Source: Frankiaceae bacterium (GTDB taxonomy: Bacteria > Actinomycetota > Actinomycetes > JAWWOL01). Taken from it: 64,000 nt of DNA. The stretch's first letter is position 1. The number at the start of each line of letters is the position of its first letter. Shown here in pieces: positions 61,288 to 64,000 of the stretch. Below the pieces are notes generated by a model that was given only the letters and a program-made list of their open reading frames with translations, made no database searches and was not told the origin of the DNA. The DNA lies in assembly GCA_045807125.1 (NCBI GenBank), contig JBJMHZ010000043.1:14357-78356 (forward strand). The letters are read 5' to 3'. The position numbers were made by a program, and so were the translations under genes.

Positions 61288-62331
61288 ATGACCGGCACGG
61301 GGCCGCCGCCGCCGGCGCTGCGCTGGTCGGACGACGGGCCGGCCGTGGTCCTGCTCGACCAGACCCGGCTGCCGGCCGAGGAGGCCGAGCTCGTCTGCTC
61401 CGACGTCGGCGCGCTGGTCGCCGCCATCGCCCGGCTGGCCGTGCGCGGCGCGCCGTTGCTCGGCATCGCCGGCGCGTACGGCGTCGCTCTCGCGGCGCAC
61501 CGCGGCGACGACGTCGATGCCGCGGCAGCTGCGCTGGCCGGTGCGCGGCCGACCGCGGTCAACCTCGCCTGGGGCGTCCGCAAGGCCCACGACGCGTGGC
61601 GCGCGGGCGGGGCCGCCGCCGCGCTCGACGAGGCGCGGTCGGTCGAGCGGGCCGACGCGGCGGCGGCCGACGCCATCGCGCGGCACGGGCTCGCGCTCGT
61701 CCCCGAGCGGGCGCGGGTGCTCACCCACTGCAACACCGGGCGGCTGGTGTCCGGCGGCTGCGGCACCGCGTTCGGGATCGTCGCGGCCGCTCACCGCGCC
61801 GGGCGGCTCGCCCAGCTCTGGGTCGACGAGACCAGGCCGCTCCTGCAGGGCGCGCGGCTGACGGCGTACGAGGCGGCCAGGGCCGGGATGCCGTACCGGG
61901 TGCTGGCCGACACCGCGGCCGCGTCGCTCTTCGCGGCTCGGCAGGTCGACCTCGTCGTCGTCGGCGCCGACCGGATCGCCGCCGACGGCAGCGTGGCCAA
62001 CAAGGTCGGCACCCTCGGGCTGGCCGTCCTCGCCCACCACCACGGCGTGCCGTTCGTCGTCGCGGCGCCGTTGTCGACCGTCGACCCCGGCACGGCGAGC
62101 GGTGCCGACATCGTGGTCGAGGAGCGGGCGCCGGACGAGGTCACCACGTTCGCGGGCGTGCCGGTCGCGCCGAAGGGGGCTCCGGCGTACAACCCCGCCT
62201 TCGACGTCACCCCGCCCGAGCTGGTGACCGCCGTCGTCACCGAGGCCGGCATCGCCCGGCCGGTGGACGGGTCCCGGCTGGACGAGCTGCTGCGACGATC
62301 CTGGCAATCGGCCCGCGAGATGTCACCATAG
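61288..62331 (+). CDS. mtnA: S-methyl-5-thioribose-1-phosphate isomerase (eIF-2B alpha/beta/delta family)
   Basis: Motifs are AIARLAVRGAPLLGIAGAYG, RPTAVNL, THCNTG, VDETRPLLQGARLTA, VGADRIAADGSVANKVGT and FDVTP. Confidence 0.85.
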   Translation: MTGTGPPPPALRWSDDGPAVVLLDQTRLPAEEAELVCSDVGALVAAIARLAVRGAPLLGIAGAYGVALAAHRGDDVDAAAAALAGARPTAVNLAWGVRKAHDAWRAGGAAAALDEARSVERADAAAADAIARHGLALVPERARVLTHCNTGRLVSGGCGTAFGIVAAAHRAGRLAQLWVDETRPLLQGARLTAYEAARAGMPYRVLADTAAASLFAARQVDLVVVGADRIAADGSVANKVGTLGLAVLAHHHGVPFVVAAPLSTVDPGTASGADIVVEERAPDEVTTFAGVPVAPKGAPAYNPAFDVTPPELVTAVVTEAGIARPVDGSRLDELLRRSWQSAREMSP

Positions 62332-62335
62332 GGGC

Positions 62336-63013
62336 GTGAAGGGACGCGTACTCGTCGTCGACGACGACCCAGCGCTCGCCGAGATGCTCGGCATCGTCCT
62401 GCGCGGCGAAGGGTTCGAGCCGTGCTTCGTCGAGGACGGCGACCGCGCGCTCCAGGCGTTCCGCGACACCAAGCCCGACCTCGTGCTGCTCGACCTGATG
62501 CTGCCGGGCACCGACGGCATCGACGTCTGCCGGCAGATCCGGGCGGAGAGTGGCGTGCCGATCGTGATGCTGACGGCGAAGACGGACACCGTCGACGTCG
62601 TCGTCGGCCTCGAGTCGGGCGCGGACGACTACGTGATGAAGCCGTTCAAGTCCAAGGAGCTGGTCGCGAGGATGCGGGCGCGGCTGCGGCGCCGCGAGGA
62701 CCCGGCGCCCGAGCAGCTCGCGATCGGCGACCTCACGATCGACGTCGGCGGCCACGCGGTGAGCCGCGACGGGCAGCAGATGAGCCTCACGCCGCTGGAG
62801 TTCGACCTGCTCGTCGCGCTCGCCCGCAAGCCGCAACGGGTCTTCACCCGCGAGCTGCTCCTCGAGCAGGTGTGGGGCTACCGGCATGCGGCCGACACCC
62901 GGCTGGTCAACGTCCACGTGCAGCGGCTCCGGTCCAAGATCGAGCGCGATCCGGAGCACCCCGAGATCGTGGTGACGGTGCGCGGCGTCGGCTACAAGGC
63001 CGGCCCGCCCTGA
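62336..63013 (+). CDS. mtrA: OmpR-family response regulator MtrA
   Basis: Motifs are RVLVVDDDPALAEMLGIVLRGEGF, DLVLLDLMLPGTDGIDVCRQIR and LTPLEFDLLVALARKP...VRGVGYK. It is followed by the cognate kinase gene. Confidence 0.9.
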   Translation: MKGRVLVVDDDPALAEMLGIVLRGEGFEPCFVEDGDRALQAFRDTKPDLVLLDLMLPGTDGIDVCRQIRAESGVPIVMLTAKTDTVDVVVGLESGADDYVMKPFKSKELVARMRARLRRREDPAPEQLAIGDLTIDVGGHAVSRDGQQMSLTPLEFDLLVALARKPQRVFTRELLLEQVWGYRHAADTRLVNVHVQRLRSKIERDPEHPEIVVTVRGVGYKAGPP

Positions 63014-63027
63014 CGACCGGGCAACCC

Positions 63028-64000
63028 GTGCGCCCCGCGCCAGCCACCCGCCGCACCAGCTCGCCGTCAGCCCGCCGCCCGCCCGGCGCCCCGGCGGGGC
63101 TGCGCGGCGGGCTCGCCCGTACCAGCGCCGGTCTCGCCGACCGGTGGTACCGCTCGCTGCAGCTGCGGGTCATCGTCTCGACGCTCGCGCTGTCGGCCCT
63201 GGTCGCGGCGCTCGTCGGGCTCGTCGTCATGACGCAGGTGCGCTCGGGGGTGCTGCGCACGAAGCAGAAGGCGGCGACCGCGCAGACGCTGGCCGGCCTG
63301 TCCACCCTCCAGCGCCAGCTGGACGCGCTCCAGGTGAACGACCGGGAGACGGTGTCGAGCGCGCTGATCAGCGGCCTCGAGGCCAACAGCACCACGGGGT
63401 CGAAGGCCGGCGAGTTCCGCATCCTGCTGCTCGCGACCGGCAACGCTCCGCGCAACAGTGAGCTGTCCGGCGACATCGACGCCTCGACCATCACGCCCGC
63501 GCTGCGCCAGGCCGTCGCCCGGTCGACCACGCAGGTGTGGCAGTACGTCCGGCTCGTGCACGACTCCGACGGCCGGTGGGAGCCGGGCCTGGCCGTCGGC
63601 GGCCGGCTGTTCTCGCCGGACGGCGACCCCTACCAGCTCTACTACGTGTTCCCGCTGTCGGCCGAGGCGCAGACGATCTCGCTCGTCCGCCGCACGCTGC
63701 TCTTCTCGGGCTGCGGGCTCGTCCTGCTGCTGGTCTTCGTCGCGTGGCTGGTGACGAGGCAGGTCGTCCGGCCGGTGCGGCAGGCCGCCGGCACCGCGGA
63801 GATGCTGGCGGCCGGCCGGCTCCAGGAGCGCATGGTGGTGCACGGCAGGGACGAGCTGGCCACGCTCGCCTCCTCGTTCAACCGGATGGCCGAGAGCCTC
63901 CAGCGCCAGATCCACGAGCTGGAGGACCTGTCGCGGCTCCAGCGCCGCTTCGTCTCCGACGTCTCCCACGAGCTGCGCACGCCGTTGACGACCGTCCGGA
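63028..64000 (+). CDS. mtrB: Sensor histidine kinase MtrB (5' part, continues beyond the window)
   Basis: My own translation from GTG 63028 reads VRPAPATRR...WYRSLQLRVIVSTLALSALVAALVGLVVM. It continues through a HAMP-like region to the H-box RRFVSDVSHELRTPLTTVR at the window edge. This ORF is not in the supplied track because it has no stop in the window. Confidence 0.85.
   Translation, partial: MRPAPATRRTSSPSARRPPGAPAGLRGGLARTSAGLADRWYRSLQLRVIVSTLALSALVAALVGLVVMTQVRSGVLRTKQKAATAQTLAGLSTLQRQLDALQVNDRETVSSALISGLEANSTTGSKAGEFRILLLATGNAPRNSELSGDIDASTITPALRQAVARSTTQVWQYVRLVHDSDGRWEPGLAVGGRLFSPDGDPYQLYYVFPLSAEAQTISLVRRTLLFSGCGLVLLLVFVAWLVTRQVVRPVRQAAGTAEMLAAGRLQERMVVHGRDELATLASSFNRMAESLQRQIHELEDLSRLQRRFVSDVSHELRTPLTTVR

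Overview
This is a high-GC (roughly 72-74 %) actinobacterial chromosome segment. It is densely coding, with about 60 protein genes, many joined by 1-25 nt start/stop overlaps. I found no rRNA, tRNA, CRISPR array, transposase or integrase. All family assignments were made by eye from motifs in the translated ORFs. No database or HMM search was possible, so family names are hypotheses of varying strength.

Layout:
(i) 1-5.2 kb holds housekeeping and accessory genes: an ABC-2 exporter, an ABM/TetR divergent pair, a secreted GH26-like hydrolase, cspA and a thioesterase.
(ii) ~5.2-25.7 kb is a cell-envelope glycopolymer island that looks like wall teichoic acid synthesis. It contains GT4, a GT2-TagF fusion, LCP ligase, several GT2, a TagG/TagH-like ABC exporter, a Stf0-like sulfotransferase, GalE and a nucleotide-sugar dehydrogenase.
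(iii) 25.8-64 kb follows the conserved actinobacterial backbone (scoAB, DUF2079/SpoIID-like envelope genes, GT4-manC, fbiB-fbiA, whiB2, giant GT2 plus a DUF5719-like protein, manB, SIS protein, ahcY, mtnA-mtrA-mtrB). It is interrupted after ahcY by a second, short archaeal-type AhcY paralogue and a block of three GT-C-like membrane proteins plus an FAD oxidoreductase and GtrA.

The best candidate for an undescribed system is the translationally coupled six-gene operon at 15178-20575. It encodes a degenerate-NTase::CDP-alcohol phosphotransferase fusion, a DUF5941-like membrane protein, a LicC/IPCT-like nucleotidyltransferase, an archaeal-type glycerol-1-phosphate dehydrogenase homologue, a second CDP-alcohol phosphotransferase and a GT2. 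It sits in a TagF/LCP/TagGH context with no TagD-type cytidylyltransferase in the window.

Other points worth a second look:
- a frameshifted SEFIR/TIR-like gene
- the tandem AhcY pair
- a sulfotransferase with an acidic disordered N-terminus
- an unusually short FbiB
- helically phased short direct repeats in two intergenic regions
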